A stretch of 39,688 nucleotides of DNA from Pseudobdellovibrionaceae bacterium (GCA_947370945.1 CANBND010000001.1:1-39688); one strand, 5' to 3'. Counted from the stretch's first letter, positions 27,538 to 37,049 are shown. Program-made: numbers and translations. Notes: generated from the sequence alone by a model not told the origin.

Positions 27538-29814
27538 CTATCCCACAACCCGCTGAACGCCGATAATGCCTTTGATTTTTTGTAAACCTAAAATCGCATT
27601 GTTCATCTGAGTTAAATCTCTGACGCTGATTTCGAATAAACAAATTGCTTTTTTGTCGCGGGTGGTTTTAATTTGCGCCGATTCGATGTTAATTCCTTGC
27701 ATAGAAAATGATTCTGACATTAATTTTAATAACCCCGGAACGTCTTGACCGATGACTTCTAATTTCACTTGGCGTTCTTGACCAATGCCCGCCATTTTCG
27801 AAGCCCATGCAACATTCACACGCCTCATTAAATCAAGTTCGAAAACTTTGGCGCAGTTGGAGGTGTGAATTGTAATGCCTTTACCACGACTGATAAAACC
27901 ACTGATCGCGTCACCCGGAATTGGTCCGCAGCATTTTGCAAAATGCACCAAGACGTCTTCCATTCCATCGACCATGACCAACGAATTTGTTTTTCGTGTT
28001 TTTGATTTCGCAGATTTTACGACTTTTTCCATAAAAGTTGCAGTTTCTGATTGTTCATTTTTTTCAATTTCTTTTTGAATTGCATCCGGACTTAAATTAT
28101 CAATTAAATGTCTCGGTTCAAATTTACCGTAACCAACGCGGGCATGCAATTCTTCAACATCGACGATCCCACAATCCGACATGTATTTATCAAAATCAGG
28201 GCCTTTTAAATATTTGGCAGCGGCTAGGCCAAATTTTCTGAATTCTTTTTCAACAAGCTCTTTACCGATCACAATCGCATTTTTACGTTGCTCATCTTTA
28301 ACAAACTGTCTGATTTTTGATTTCGCTTTATTTGTAACGACAAATTTCAACCAATCCTTTGATGGATTTTGTGTTTTCGAAGTTAAAATTTCTACGCGAT
28401 CCCCGTTTTGTAATTTATGTTTCAAGGGAACAATGCGACCGTTGACTCTGGCCCCTGTGCACATGCCACCTAAATTTGTGTGAATCGCATAGGCCAAGTC
28501 AACTGGAGTTGCAGAATCTGGCAATTCACGGACATCACCCTTTGGAGTAAAAACATAAATGTCTTTTTCCATCAGATCGGTTTTAATTGTATCTAAGAAT
28601 TCATCCGGATTTTCGCTTTGCTGATGCAACGTTAATAAATCACGAAGCCAATTTGCTTTTTGTAATTCATCCTGAGTCAAATCACCACGCTCTTTGTAAT
28701 TCCAGTGCGCCGCGATTCCTTTTTCAGCAATCAAGTGCATGTCTTCGGTACGAATTTGAATTTCAATTCGATCACCACCCGGGCCCAAAACTGTTGTATG
28801 CAACGATCTGTAATTATTTGATTTCGGCATCGCAATGAAATCTTTGAATCGTCCGGGGATTGGTTTCCAGATCGAATGGATATAACCTAAAACTTCGTAA
28901 CATTCGACAATGCTTGAAACAATTAATCTGAATGCCAACACATCAAAAATTTGATCATAATCTAAATTACGCGATGTCATTTTTCGATAAATGGACCACA
29001 GATGTTTTGATCGGCCAAAAACTTTGTAATTTCTGACTGTGGATTTTGCCAAAACATCGGCGATACTTTTTTTAACATCTAAAATATAACGATCGGTTTC
29101 GTGTTCGGTTTTTTCAATCAACTGTGTCAATTCAAAATATTTATCGGGCCTCGAATATCTGAAACACAAATCTTCCAGTTCAATTTTCAAAGCACTGATA
29201 CCGATACGACCCGCCAGCGGACAATAAATTTCAAGAGTTTCTTGTGCAATGCGATTTTGTTTTTCGTACGGCATATGGTTCAGCGTACGCATGTTGTGTA
29301 AACGATCTGCGAGTTTAACCAAAACAACGCGAACATCTTTACCCATCGCCACGATCATTTTACGAATATTTTCGCCCTGTTTATCGAAACTGTTTCTGAA
29401 ATTCATTTGACCGATTTTTGTCACACCATCAACAAGTGCTGCCACCGTTGGACCAAATTCTTTTTGAATATCGGCTAAGGTAATTTCAGTGTCTTCGACT
29501 GTGTCATGCAAAAGCCCTGTGGCTATCGTATCGACGTCTAAATGAAGTTCGGCTAAAATTCCTGCGACATTTAATGGATGCGAAATATATGGCTCACCGG
29601 ATCTGCGCATTTGGCCTTCGTGCGCTTTTTCAGAAAAAGCAAACACACGCTCAATAAAATTTTCTGGCAAATTGGGGTGATACGATTTTATTTTTCGAAC
29701 AAGCTCATCGACATTTTTAATAGCCACATTCGACAATCTGTCTTCACTGATTTCACTATTATTTTGATCTGGTGATGAATCTGTGTTGATGCCGGCCATA
29801 GTTGAGTTACACAT
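27538..29814 (-). CDS. spoT: Bifunctional (p)ppGpp synthetase/hydrolase (long RSH, Rel/SpoT)
   Basis: HD hydrolase motif (LHDTVED), KLADRLHNMRT, RFKD synthetase motif, EIQIRT, TGS (VFTPKG, AYAIHT), AKCC, C-terminal ACT domain; follows gmk-rpoZ. Start may be 29799. Confidence 0.95.
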   Translation of the reverse strand: MCNSTMAGINTDSSPDQNNSEISEDRLSNVAIKNVDELVRKIKSYHPNLPENFIERVFAFSEKAHEGQMRRSGEPYISHPLNVAGILAELHLDVDTIATGLLHDTVEDTEITLADIQKEFGPTVAALVDGVTKIGQMNFRNSFDKQGENIRKMIVAMGKDVRVVLVKLADRLHNMRTLNHMPYEKQNRIAQETLEIYCPLAGRIGISALKIELEDLCFRYSRPDKYFELTQLIEKTEHETDRYILDVKKSIADVLAKSTVRNYKVFGRSKHLWSIYRKMTSRNLDYDQIFDVLAFRLIVSSIVECYEVLGYIHSIWKPIPGRFKDFIAMPKSNNYRSLHTTVLGPGGDRIEIQIRTEDMHLIAEKGIAAHWNYKERGDLTQDELQKANWLRDLLTLHQQSENPDEFLDTIKTDLMEKDIYVFTPKGDVRELPDSATPVDLAYAIHTNLGGMCTGARVNGRIVPLKHKLQNGDRVEILTSKTQNPSKDWLKFVVTNKAKSKIRQFVKDEQRKNAIVIGKELVEKEFRKFGLAAAKYLKGPDFDKYMSDCGIVDVEELHARVGYGKFEPRHLIDNLSPDAIQKEIEKNEQSETATFMEKVVKSAKSKTRKTNSLVMVDGMEDVLVHFAKCCGPIPGDAISGFISRGKGITIHTSNCAKVFELDLMRRVNVAWASKMAGIGQERQVKLEVIGQDVPGLLKLMSESFSMQGINIESAQIKTTRDKKAICLFEISVRDLTQMNNAILGLQKIKGIIGVQRVVG

Positions 29815-29845
29815 CCTGTAAACGTTGTTTACATTTATTTTAAAA

Positions 29846-29876
29846 CAAAAAAACCTGCTTTATCAGCAGGTTTTTT
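29846..29876 (-). terminator. Rho-independent terminator between rpoZ and spoT
   Basis: AAAAAACCTGCT-loop-AGCAGGTTTTTT hairpin with T tracts on both strands. Confidence 0.8.
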
Positions 29877-29946
29877 CAATAATCACAATTTAACTGGTTA
29901 TTTCAGAAAATAATAGACCAAAGACCTATCACGACTGAACCCGGTG

Positions 29947-30210
29947 TTAGCCGCCCTTTGAAGGTTTTTCGATTTTGTTCAAATCTGAAAGCATATCATC
30001 CATAGCCATTTCTTTCGAAACTTTCGGATCAAAAATAACGTTGCCAATTGCAACTTCACGTAATGAATTTACGATATATTTATTGTTGCGAGTTGAAACT
30101 GTACACTCTGCACCTTTTAATAATTGCTTAGCGCGTTTTGCAACAAGCAAAACTAACGAGAAACGATTTGGAACTTTATCTAAACAATCTTCAACGGTTA
30201 CACGAGCCAC
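29947..30210 (-). CDS. rpoZ: RNA polymerase omega subunit
   Basis: GTG start at 30210 with GGAGG SD; ARVTVEDCL...[16 protein letters not shown]. Confidence 0.95.
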   Translation of the reverse strand: MARVTVEDCLDKVPNRFSLVLLVAKRAKQLLKGAECTVSTRNNKYIVNSLREVAIGNVIFDPKVSKEMAMDDMLSDLNKIEKPSKGG

Positions 30211-30274
30211 AAGAACCTCCACATTAAAATAAAACATATCCAAAATGAATTTGAACGAACTTTAGAAACTACTC

Positions 30275-30856
30275 TTAACCTATCCAATTCTCAACTGTTT
30301 TTTTGAATTCGGCAAAACTTCGGTCAAAGATGTCGTTAACGATCTGAACGTCAAATTCATGAGCCTTTGCCATCTCTTTTTCTGCATTCTGCATCCGAAC
30401 ATCCAAATCTGGCGGCGGCGCCCCGTCACGTTTGATAACGCGACGCTTTAATTCGTCGATCGACGGAGGTAAAATAAAAACTGTCTTCGCATCTGGAAAT
30501 TTTGACTTAAAAGTAGCCACACCCTGAATATCAATGTCCATAATAACGACTTTGTCACGTGCCCAGGCCAAATTCACCTGTTCGTACGATGTCCCGTACA
30601 AATTGGTATGAACCTGCGCCCATTCAATAAAAAAATCTTCAGATTGTTTCTTTAAAAATTCATCTTTGGTAATAAAAAAATAAGGCTTTCCTTGGCTTTC
30701 ATGATGGCGCATTTCACGCGTGGTATAGGTAATAATATCATGAAGGCGTAAATCCTCGGCCGAAATTTTTTCAACGAAACTGCTTTTTCCGGCACCACTT
30801 GGCGCCGCAACAATAATCATTCTGGTTTTTTTTTCTATTTTAATCTCTGAAGTCAT
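30275..30856 (-). CDS. gmk: Guanylate kinase
   Basis: APSGAGKS P-loop, TYTTR, NLYGT, DIDIQG, FILPPS. Confidence 0.95.
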   Translation of the reverse strand: MTSEIKIEKKTRMIIVAAPSGAGKSSFVEKISAEDLRLHDIITYTTREMRHHESQGKPYFFITKDEFLKKQSEDFFIEWAQVHTNLYGTSYEQVNLAWARDKVVIMDIDIQGVATFKSKFPDAKTVFILPPSIDELKRRVIKRDGAPPPDLDVRMQNAEKEMAKAHEFDVQIVNDIFDRSFAEFKKTVENWIG

Positions 30857-31743
30857 TCGACGTTCTGCACTTGCTCTCGGATTCTTTCGATCAAAGTTTT
30901 TGATTCCACAATAGATTCCGTGATCCCGGCCACTTGGCTTTTGGAACCTATGGTATTCACTTCACGTAACAATTCTTGCGTGTAAAAATCCAATTTTTTA
31001 CCTTCAACAACATCCAATTCAATAATTTTTTCAAAATTTTTCAAATGCTCGTTAAGTCTTGTGATTTCTTCGTTGATGTCGGCTTTTTCTAATTGAATGA
31101 CAATTTCTTGAGTGATTCTTTGCGGGTCAATACCTTGAGCGGCAGCGTCTTTAGGTAGCCGTGATTTCAACTTTGCTTCAAATTTTTCTTGCAGCATTTT
31201 ATTTGCATCTTCGCGCAACTTTGAAATTTTCAAAACATATTTTTGCAAATCTTTCAGATTTTTCTGTAAATCTTTTTTTAACGCCAGGCCTTCACGTAAT
31301 CTTTCGACTTCAAATTTTTTCAGCGCCGCCTCAAAAGTTTTCTTTAATAAGATAATTTCATTCGCTGCAATTTGGTCTTGTTCTTCGATTTGAATCACAT
31401 CACTTTGTCGAGTGATCAATTCAAATTTAACAGCTTCGTTCATTTGCAGATCTTTGGATAATTTTCTAAAAGCCTTTAAATATTCTGAGGCTAGTTTTGT
31501 ATTCATCACAATTTTTGACGATACAGAATTTGCTTTTTGTTTTCTGGAAATATAAACGTCGACCGTTCCACGTTTAATAAATTCAGTTAATTTTTTTTTC
31601 AAATCCGATTCAAATCCGTAATACCCGCGTGGCAAATGAAAACGGTTTTCTAAAAATCGTCCGTTCACGGCGCGCACACTGACTTCGATTGAAACTTCGT
31701 TGGATTGCGATCTTGCAAGGCCGTAGCCCGTCATGCTTTTCAT
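30853..31743 (-). CDS. yicC: YicC/YloC-family endoribonuclease
   Basis: MKSMTGYG, VNGRFLE, DINEEITRL, GKKLDF, REVNTIGSK, REQVQNVE. Confidence 0.93.
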   Translation of the reverse strand: MKSMTGYGLARSQSNEVSIEVSVRAVNGRFLENRFHLPRGYYGFESDLKKKLTEFIKRGTVDVYISRKQKANSVSSKIVMNTKLASEYLKAFRKLSKDLQMNEAVKFELITRQSDVIQIEEQDQIAANEIILLKKTFEAALKKFEVERLREGLALKKDLQKNLKDLQKYVLKISKLREDANKMLQEKFEAKLKSRLPKDAAAQGIDPQRITQEIVIQLEKADINEEITRLNEHLKNFEKIIELDVVEGKKLDFYTQELLREVNTIGSKSQVAGITESIVESKTLIERIREQVQNVE

Positions 31744-31747
31744 ATAT

Positions 31748-32710
31748 TTATATCTTACTTTCATTCAGGAACAGGTCAATTTTCTGTTCAATTTCATTTT
31801 CTATAAGACCATTAGCTGTGGACCAAAGTACTGTTTGGTCGCGCTTGAACCATGTTTTTTGTTTTTTAATTAATTGCATCGTACTTTGAATAATTTCAGC
31901 AGGTAAGTTTTCTTTCGATATTTCGGAATTCAGATATTTTAAAACTTCAAAATAACCGACGGATCTTAATGGCGCCCAGTCGGCATGACCAAGTCGTATA
32001 AAATGTTCCACTTCGGTGATGATTCCGTCCTTGATCATTTTTTGTGTTCGCGCGGTGACATTTTTAAATAAAACATCTTTGTCTAAAAATTTTCCAATTT
32101 TTATAAATGGAATTTTTAAATCCATTTTTTTAGAATTTTCAAATTCTGATTGCAACTGAGTCATCGTTTGACCAAAGGCCCGTTTAATTTCAAGCGCACG
32201 TCCAATCCGGTACGCATCATTCACGTGGATTTGTGTTTTTGGATCAAAGGCAATTAATTCTTGGTAGGCTTTTTCATTACCGAATTCTTTAATTTCATTT
32301 TCAATTTGTAATTTTAAATCAACTGAAATTTCGGGAACATTAAACATTCCTTTTTCTAAGGCTTGAATATAAAAACCTGTACCACCCACAACGAATAACG
32401 GAAATTTAATTTTTTTAGAATTAAAATTTTCACAGTCGATCAGTTTATAAAAATCACGCAGAAATTGCCCTGCTGTCATCTCGGTCGGAGCTTGCACGTA
32501 ATTGTACATGTAATGTGGAATTTCTGATTTCTCGGCTTGTGTCGGAGCCGCTGAACCTATCACAAGGCCTTCGTAAAATTGAACGCTATCAATATTTAAT
32601 ATGCTGCCATCAAACTGCTCCGCCAACGACATGGCCCATTGGCTTTTACCGGATGCTGTTGATCCGATGACGAAAATTATTTTTTGATTTTTAGATAACT
32701 CCAAAATCAT
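31748..32710 (-). CDS. miaA: tRNA dimethylallyltransferase
   Basis: GSTASGKS, DSVQFY, VVGGTGFY, RALEI, KKQKTWF. Confidence 0.95.
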   Translation of the reverse strand: MILELSKNQKIIFVIGSTASGKSQWAMSLAEQFDGSILNIDSVQFYEGLVIGSAAPTQAEKSEIPHYMYNYVQAPTEMTAGQFLRDFYKLIDCENFNSKKIKFPLFVVGGTGFYIQALEKGMFNVPEISVDLKLQIENEIKEFGNEKAYQELIAFDPKTQIHVNDAYRIGRALEIKRAFGQTMTQLQSEFENSKKMDLKIPFIKIGKFLDKDVLFKNVTARTQKMIKDGIITEVEHFIRLGHADWAPLRSVGYFEVLKYLNSEISKENLPAEIIQSTMQLIKKQKTWFKRDQTVLWSTANGLIENEIEQKIDLFLNESKI

Positions 32711-34476
32711 TAATGAATGCGACCAAACATTTTTTCAATTTCTGTGAATGTCATTTCAATACTGACAGGGCGACCATGTGGACAAAAACTGGATAACGGA
32801 AATTCATCCATTGAAATTAATAATTCTTTCATTTCTGGCAGGCTTAAACTTTGTCCTGCGCGAATCACCGAATGACAGGCCATCGTGGCCAAAATATCTG
32901 AAATTGATTTTTCTAAATTAAAACTGCCGCCGAATTCAACTGTATCTGCAGCTAATTTTTCAAAAACACGCGGAAGGCTTGATTCTTTGACAAATAGCGG
33001 GGCGGATTTGATGCCGATGCTACTGGGTCCCATTTGCTCGATTTCAATTCCCATTTTTTGTATTTCTGTTTGATGAAATAAAATCGCTTCACATTTTTCA
33101 GGCGACAAATCAATCACCAACGGAAATAAATACGTTTGCAAATCAATGACCCCACCCTGCCATTTACGCATTAATTTTTCAAATGCGACACGTTCGTGCG
33201 CCGCATGTTGATCGACTAAAATCATTTGATTGTCTTTTTGACAAACTATGTACGTTAAATTAATTTGGCCGATGACTTGAAATGATGACCAGTACGTTTG
33301 TTTACTGACATGACCTAAGTCAACAGGCTGACTTTGTACGATGTTATTTACGTGCTGTTCTTGAAATGAAAAATCTTTATTTTGAAACTGAGTTTTAAGT
33401 AATGATTCATCATGAAAAGCGTAATTTTTAATTTCTGGAATTTGATAATTCGCAGAATAATTTGCAACACTTGACTGAATATTTAAATTTTTAGGAACCC
33501 ACGGTGCTGTTTCAAGCGCATCACGAACACTGGCCTGCACAGCACGAAATGCGAGTGACGGATTTTGAAATTTGACTTGGCTTTTGGTCGGATGAATATT
33601 GACGTCGATATCATGGGGCTGACATTCCAAATGGATCACGACATTCGGATATTCGCCGTGCATCAATAAATTTCTGTAGGCTTCCATCACTGCAGCTTGC
33701 AGACCACGATCTTGAATCCAACGGTTCTGCGCAAAAATCCAAATGTTTTTCGATGTCTTTGCCACATCTTGGGGTGATGAAAAATAAGCCGTCGCTTTAT
33801 AGTCTTCACGATGCGCAGAATTTTTAAATAATTTTTTACAATTTAAAACTTCACAAGCCCTGTCAATTGTATTTTCACGACGCGCAAAATACAAATCAAG
33901 CTTTCCAGATTCGATCATTTTAAATTCGATATCTGATCGACTTAATGCCATAGCTTTTATCACATTTCGGATCTGCGCATTTTCCGAAGCGTCTGATTTT
34001 AAAAATTTTAAACGTGCCGGAACATTATCAAATAAATTTTCTATTTTTATTTCTGTTCCTTGATTACGGCTGCCGGGTCTGATTTCTGAAAAATTTCCAA
34101 AATCAGATGTCACTTGAAAAGCTGTTTCTGAATTTAAAAATTTACTGGTTAATGTTAATTTTGAAACCGCCGCAGCACTGGCTAAAGCTTCTCCGCGAAA
34201 ACCAAATGTTGATAAATTCCATAGATCATTTGTTTTTTGAATTTTACTGGTGGCGTGTCGGGTTAAGGCTAAAATTAAATCTGTTTTTTGAATTCCTGAT
34301 CCATTATCAGTGACTTTAATAGACTTGCCACCAGATAAAATTTCCACATGAATTTCGGTGCTGCCCGCATCGATTGAATTTTCAATCAGTTCTTTGACCA
34401 AATGTGCAGGACGCTCAACAACTTCGCCCGCCGAAATTTGATTTACAACATCTAAGGGTAAGACTTGAATCGACAT
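32710..34476 (-). CDS. mutL: DNA mismatch repair protein MutL (endonuclease-motif type)
   Basis: GEVVERP, KELIENSIDA, GFRGEAL, DVNIHPTK, DQHAAHER, ACH, CPHGRP. Confidence 0.97.
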   Translation of the reverse strand: MSIQVLPLDVVNQISAGEVVERPAHLVKELIENSIDAGSTEIHVEILSGGKSIKVTDNGSGIQKTDLILALTRHATSKIQKTNDLWNLSTFGFRGEALASAAAVSKLTLTSKFLNSETAFQVTSDFGNFSEIRPGSRNQGTEIKIENLFDNVPARLKFLKSDASENAQIRNVIKAMALSRSDIEFKMIESGKLDLYFARRENTIDRACEVLNCKKLFKNSAHREDYKATAYFSSPQDVAKTSKNIWIFAQNRWIQDRGLQAAVMEAYRNLLMHGEYPNVVIHLECQPHDIDVNIHPTKSQVKFQNPSLAFRAVQASVRDALETAPWVPKNLNIQSSVANYSANYQIPEIKNYAFHDESLLKTQFQNKDFSFQEQHVNNIVQSQPVDLGHVSKQTYWSSFQVIGQINLTYIVCQKDNQMILVDQHAAHERVAFEKLMRKWQGGVIDLQTYLFPLVIDLSPEKCEAILFHQTEIQKMGIEIEQMGPSSIGIKSAPLFVKESSLPRVFEKLAADTVEFGGSFNLEKSISDILATMACHSVIRAGQSLSLPEMKELLISMDEFPLSSFCPHGRPVSIEMTFTEIEKMFGRIH

Positions 34477-35372
34477 TAAAATAGAATCCCAAGAGACAAG
34501 GCACCGTATGATTTTTTATCCCAGTAATACCTAAGACCAATGTCAAAACTGAGTTTTTGAAAATGAAAAATCAGGCCTGATTCTAAAAACACACCGACCG
34601 TCATGTCTTGCAGAATAAAACTTTTGGTTTGCGATTTGACCTCGAATTGCGTGTACTTTAAAAATGGCCCTGCACCATAATGCAAAGTTGTGTTGGAACC
34701 CAATGCACTAATATTTAAAATTTCAAAATCTGTCCACAGTCCAAATCCATTCGCAGATTGACCCGTTAATTCTTTGTAATAGGCTGGCGCACTAAAGGCA
34801 GCCATAACATCCCATGAAAATGATGATGAAAAGTCACTGAGCTCTGGATAATTTCGATAACCAATGGCATACAAGTCACCGATCTGAACAGCTCCGGCTG
34901 TTTCTTCGTGGTAATTTATCAACTGCAATGTGATGCCATGATAAGACAATTTTTCCGAGTCTTCGTCGTCGGGGTCTTCGTCGTCATTTTTTTTATTTTT
35001 TGTTTTTACATTTTCATTTTTTTTATTTTTTTGAATTTCTGCGTCTTCAATATCACCGATAAACGGTTTTTCTTTTAAAACGCCTTCACCTTGAATATCC
35101 AGATCGGTATCTGGCACGTAACCAATCTTTCCGTCTTTCATTCTGATTTGATAAAAAGGGCCTTTGGGTTTATTTGAAATTGAATAATAGGAACCGGGAT
35201 CGATTGTTTGAATAACTTCAGCATCAAAACTGTCCGAACTGTAAATTTCAACACCGGGGTTTACGGCTTGAGCTTTTTTTTCTGCGAAAGAAAATAGGCT
35301 ATTAAAAAAAACAACAGTAAATATTAAAAAAAAAATTAATCTATACGCTATGGGTTTACGAAATAAAGGCAT
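34476..35372 (-). CDS. Exported SH3-domain protein with a C-terminal beta-barrel
   Basis: Signal peptide, SH3b-like FYQIRMKDGKIGYV, K/D-rich linker, amphipathic strands, terminal Phe; TAATG overlap with mutL. Confidence 0.7.
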   Translation of the reverse strand: MPLFRKPIAYRLIFFLIFTVVFFNSLFSFAEKKAQAVNPGVEIYSSDSFDAEVIQTIDPGSYYSISNKPKGPFYQIRMKDGKIGYVPDTDLDIQGEGVLKEKPFIGDIEDAEIQKNKKNENVKTKNKKNDDEDPDDEDSEKLSYHGITLQLINYHEETAGAVQIGDLYAIGYRNYPELSDFSSSFSWDVMAAFSAPAYYKELTGQSANGFGLWTDFEILNISALGSNTTLHYGAGPFLKYTQFEVKSQTKSFILQDMTVGVFLESGLIFHFQKLSFDIGLRYYWDKKSYGALSLGILF

Positions 35373-35390
35373 TGCAAATCATTATGCATC

Positions 35391-35723
35391 TTATTTTTGA
35401 ATGATCAAAACAGAAATTTTTTCTATGCATTCGGCCATGACTATATGACTTGCATGTTCAATAAATTTGGCTTTTCTGATTTTCCAATCTAAATTTTTAA
35501 CGTGATCCGACAATACCGCGCCATTTATTTTTTTCCCACTGACAAGAACCTCGAAAGGATACCCCTTAGGCTTTGAAGTTACAGGACAGCAAATCGCTAA
35601 GCCCGTTTTTTTATTATATTCTTTTGGAGAAATGACCAATGCGGGCCTTAAGCCTTTTTGCTCGTGCCCAGCTTGTGGTGTGAAATTAAGCCAGATAAAA
35701 TCACCACGATCAGGAACATACAT
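35391..35723 (-). CDS. mazF: MazF/PemK-family endoribonuclease toxin
   Basis: YVPDRGD, FTPQAGHEQKGLRPALVISP, CCPVTS, GYPFEV. The ATG at 35723 overlaps the mazE stop (TGATG). Confidence 0.95.
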   Translation of the reverse strand: MYVPDRGDFIWLNFTPQAGHEQKGLRPALVISPKEYNKKTGLAICCPVTSKPKGYPFEVLVSGKKINGAVLSDHVKNLDWKIRKAKFIEHASHIVMAECIEKISVLIIQK

Positions 35724-35959
35724 CACCAAACCTCATTGCCTTCAGGCTCATCGTCAATTTCTGTATGTAAGTTTTTCGTTGTGATCTTCGATAGCAAAGA
35801 CTCTAGCGTCATTTGACTTTTAATTGGAAAGATAACAATAGCTCCATCTTTATTTTGAATTTCCACTTCAGAGTTTTCTTTAAGTTCAGCCGCTTCAATC
35901 ACCGCTTTGGGTATCCGAAGCCCCAGAGAGTTTCCCCATTTTTGAATTTTTGCTGACAT
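35723..35959 (-). CDS. mazE: MazE/AbrB-family antitoxin
   Basis: IQKWGNSLGLRIP, TLESLLSKIT, C-terminal GNEVW; GAGGTG SD. Confidence 0.95.
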   Translation of the reverse strand: MSAKIQKWGNSLGLRIPKAVIEAAELKENSEVEIQNKDGAIVIFPIKSQMTLESLLSKITTKNLHTEIDDEPEGNEVW

Positions 35960-35975
35960 TAAACACCTCGCTTAA

Positions 35976-36004
35976 AGTATATACAATGTATCTACAAATG
36001 TCAA
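35976..36004 (-). promoter_or_regulatory. Sigma70 promoter of mazEF with an overlapping palindromic operator
   Basis: TTGACA (36004-35999), 17-bp spacer, TATACT (35981-35976). Inverted repeat GTATATACA-A-TGTATCTAC at 35977-35995. Confidence 0.85.
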
Positions 36005-36012
36005 TCCCATTT

Positions 36013-36435
36013 TTAACCGCGTAAAGAGATATTTTCTCCGCGTGATGCGTGAACTTTACGTTTTGGCATTGGTACAGCTGGTCGCAATAAATATTCGGGG
36101 CGCGTTGCACGGTAGTCCAAAAATTCTTTGATTTTTAAGCCTGCTTTTTCTGGATCTCGTACGTATAAAACAGCATCGAATCCACAATTTTGACAAATCA
36201 TCGATTGGCGCCATTTAATCTGCGCAAAAATTTCGCCCGTAATTAATAAAAAACCTAATATAATTAAGCCGCGCGGATCAAAATTATGCCAGATTGTATT
36301 TGTTAATACAAAACTAAGGCCCGCTAAACCCAAAATTGTGGCGAAACTTAAATTTTTACTTCGATAGACCTTGCGCGGCACTTTGCAAAAAGCACAAAAA
36401 CAAGACTTTCTTTCTGGAAATAGCTGAAACTTCAT
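36013..36435 (-). CDS. Hypothetical membrane protein with two Cys knuckles (probable Zn site)
   Basis: CFCAFC, two hydrophobic helices, then CQNC. Confidence 0.75.
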   Translation of the reverse strand: MKFQLFPERKSCFCAFCKVPRKVYRSKNLSFATILGLAGLSFVLTNTIWHNFDPRGLIILGFLLITGEIFAQIKWRQSMICQNCGFDAVLYVRDPEKAGLKIKEFLDYRATRPEYLLRPAVPMPKRKVHASRGENISLRG

Positions 36436-36470
36436 ATAATTTATATTGCCACAAAAGCTGTTATTTTTCT

Positions 36471-37013
36471 ATGCTGACACCAGTGATTTCAAACGAACCA
36501 GACCTTAGATTTGCTTTACGCCCCAATTGTCTGATTACACGCAGACCTTTGGTATTTTTAACACCACCTCGAAGTCTATTTTATTACAAAAATTCGTGGG
36601 CTGAAATTTCACATATTCTGTACGAACACGGATACAAGGTCGAAATTTTTCAACTGCCCTATCAAAATATCAATGAGCAAAAAAAAGTTCTCAAAAATGA
36701 CAAAATACGAATTCAGAATGCACATCTACTTATGGATTCAGTCACCTTTGAAAATTTAAAAACTGAACTGACGGTCTTAACTGATTCAACAATCACAGTG
36801 ATCAGCACAGTTGATATTCAAAATGTTTTTTATTTTAAGCCCCAATTTTCTAAATCAACATTAAATTATTTTTTACACCGAATATGGTGTAAAATTTGGG
36901 GCTTAAAAACACCGGACTTCAGTGAGCTTTTAATTCGAAATACTGAAAAAAATTGGCACTCTTTTTTAGATCATTGTGTTCATTTGGCTGAAATCGATTA
37001 CAGCAAAGATTAA
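36471..37013 (+). CDS. Hypothetical protein; degenerate alpha/beta-hydrolase (lipase)-like
   Basis: The ATG at 36471 avoids overlap with the divergent gene. TRRPLVFL...WAEISHILYEHGYKV and HLLMDS resemble family I lipase segments. Confidence 0.6.
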   Translation: MLTPVISNEPDLRFALRPNCLITRRPLVFLTPPRSLFYYKNSWAEISHILYEHGYKVEIFQLPYQNINEQKKVLKNDKIRIQNAHLLMDSVTFENLKTELTVLTDSTITVISTVDIQNVFYFKPQFSKSTLNYFLHRIWCKIWGLKTPDFSELLIRNTEKNWHSFLDHCVHLAEIDYSKD

Positions 37014-37049
37014 GTTGCCTTTAAAATTAAAGTCCGACAGAATTTAAAT

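Noticed and set aside
30211-30243. Longer rpoZ start given in the ORF track
   Set aside because: The GGAGG SD and family N-terminus (MARVTVEDC) point to the GTG at 30210.
34960-35040. Low-complexity T-rich tract
   Set aside because: It encodes the Lys/Asn/Asp linker of the SH3-barrel protein in frame; it is not a tandem repeat or frameshift.
756-36110. Many short overlapping ORFs in the track (e.g. 756-1004, 3802-4107, 6906-7244, 10346-10651, 21643-22296, 28181-28483, 35895-36110)
   Set aside because: They are antisense or off-frame shadows of well-supported genes, with no motifs or SD.
36336-36470. N-terminal extension of the 36336-37013 ORF
   Set aside because: It overlaps the divergent gene 36013-36435 head to head; the ATG at 36471 is more plausible.
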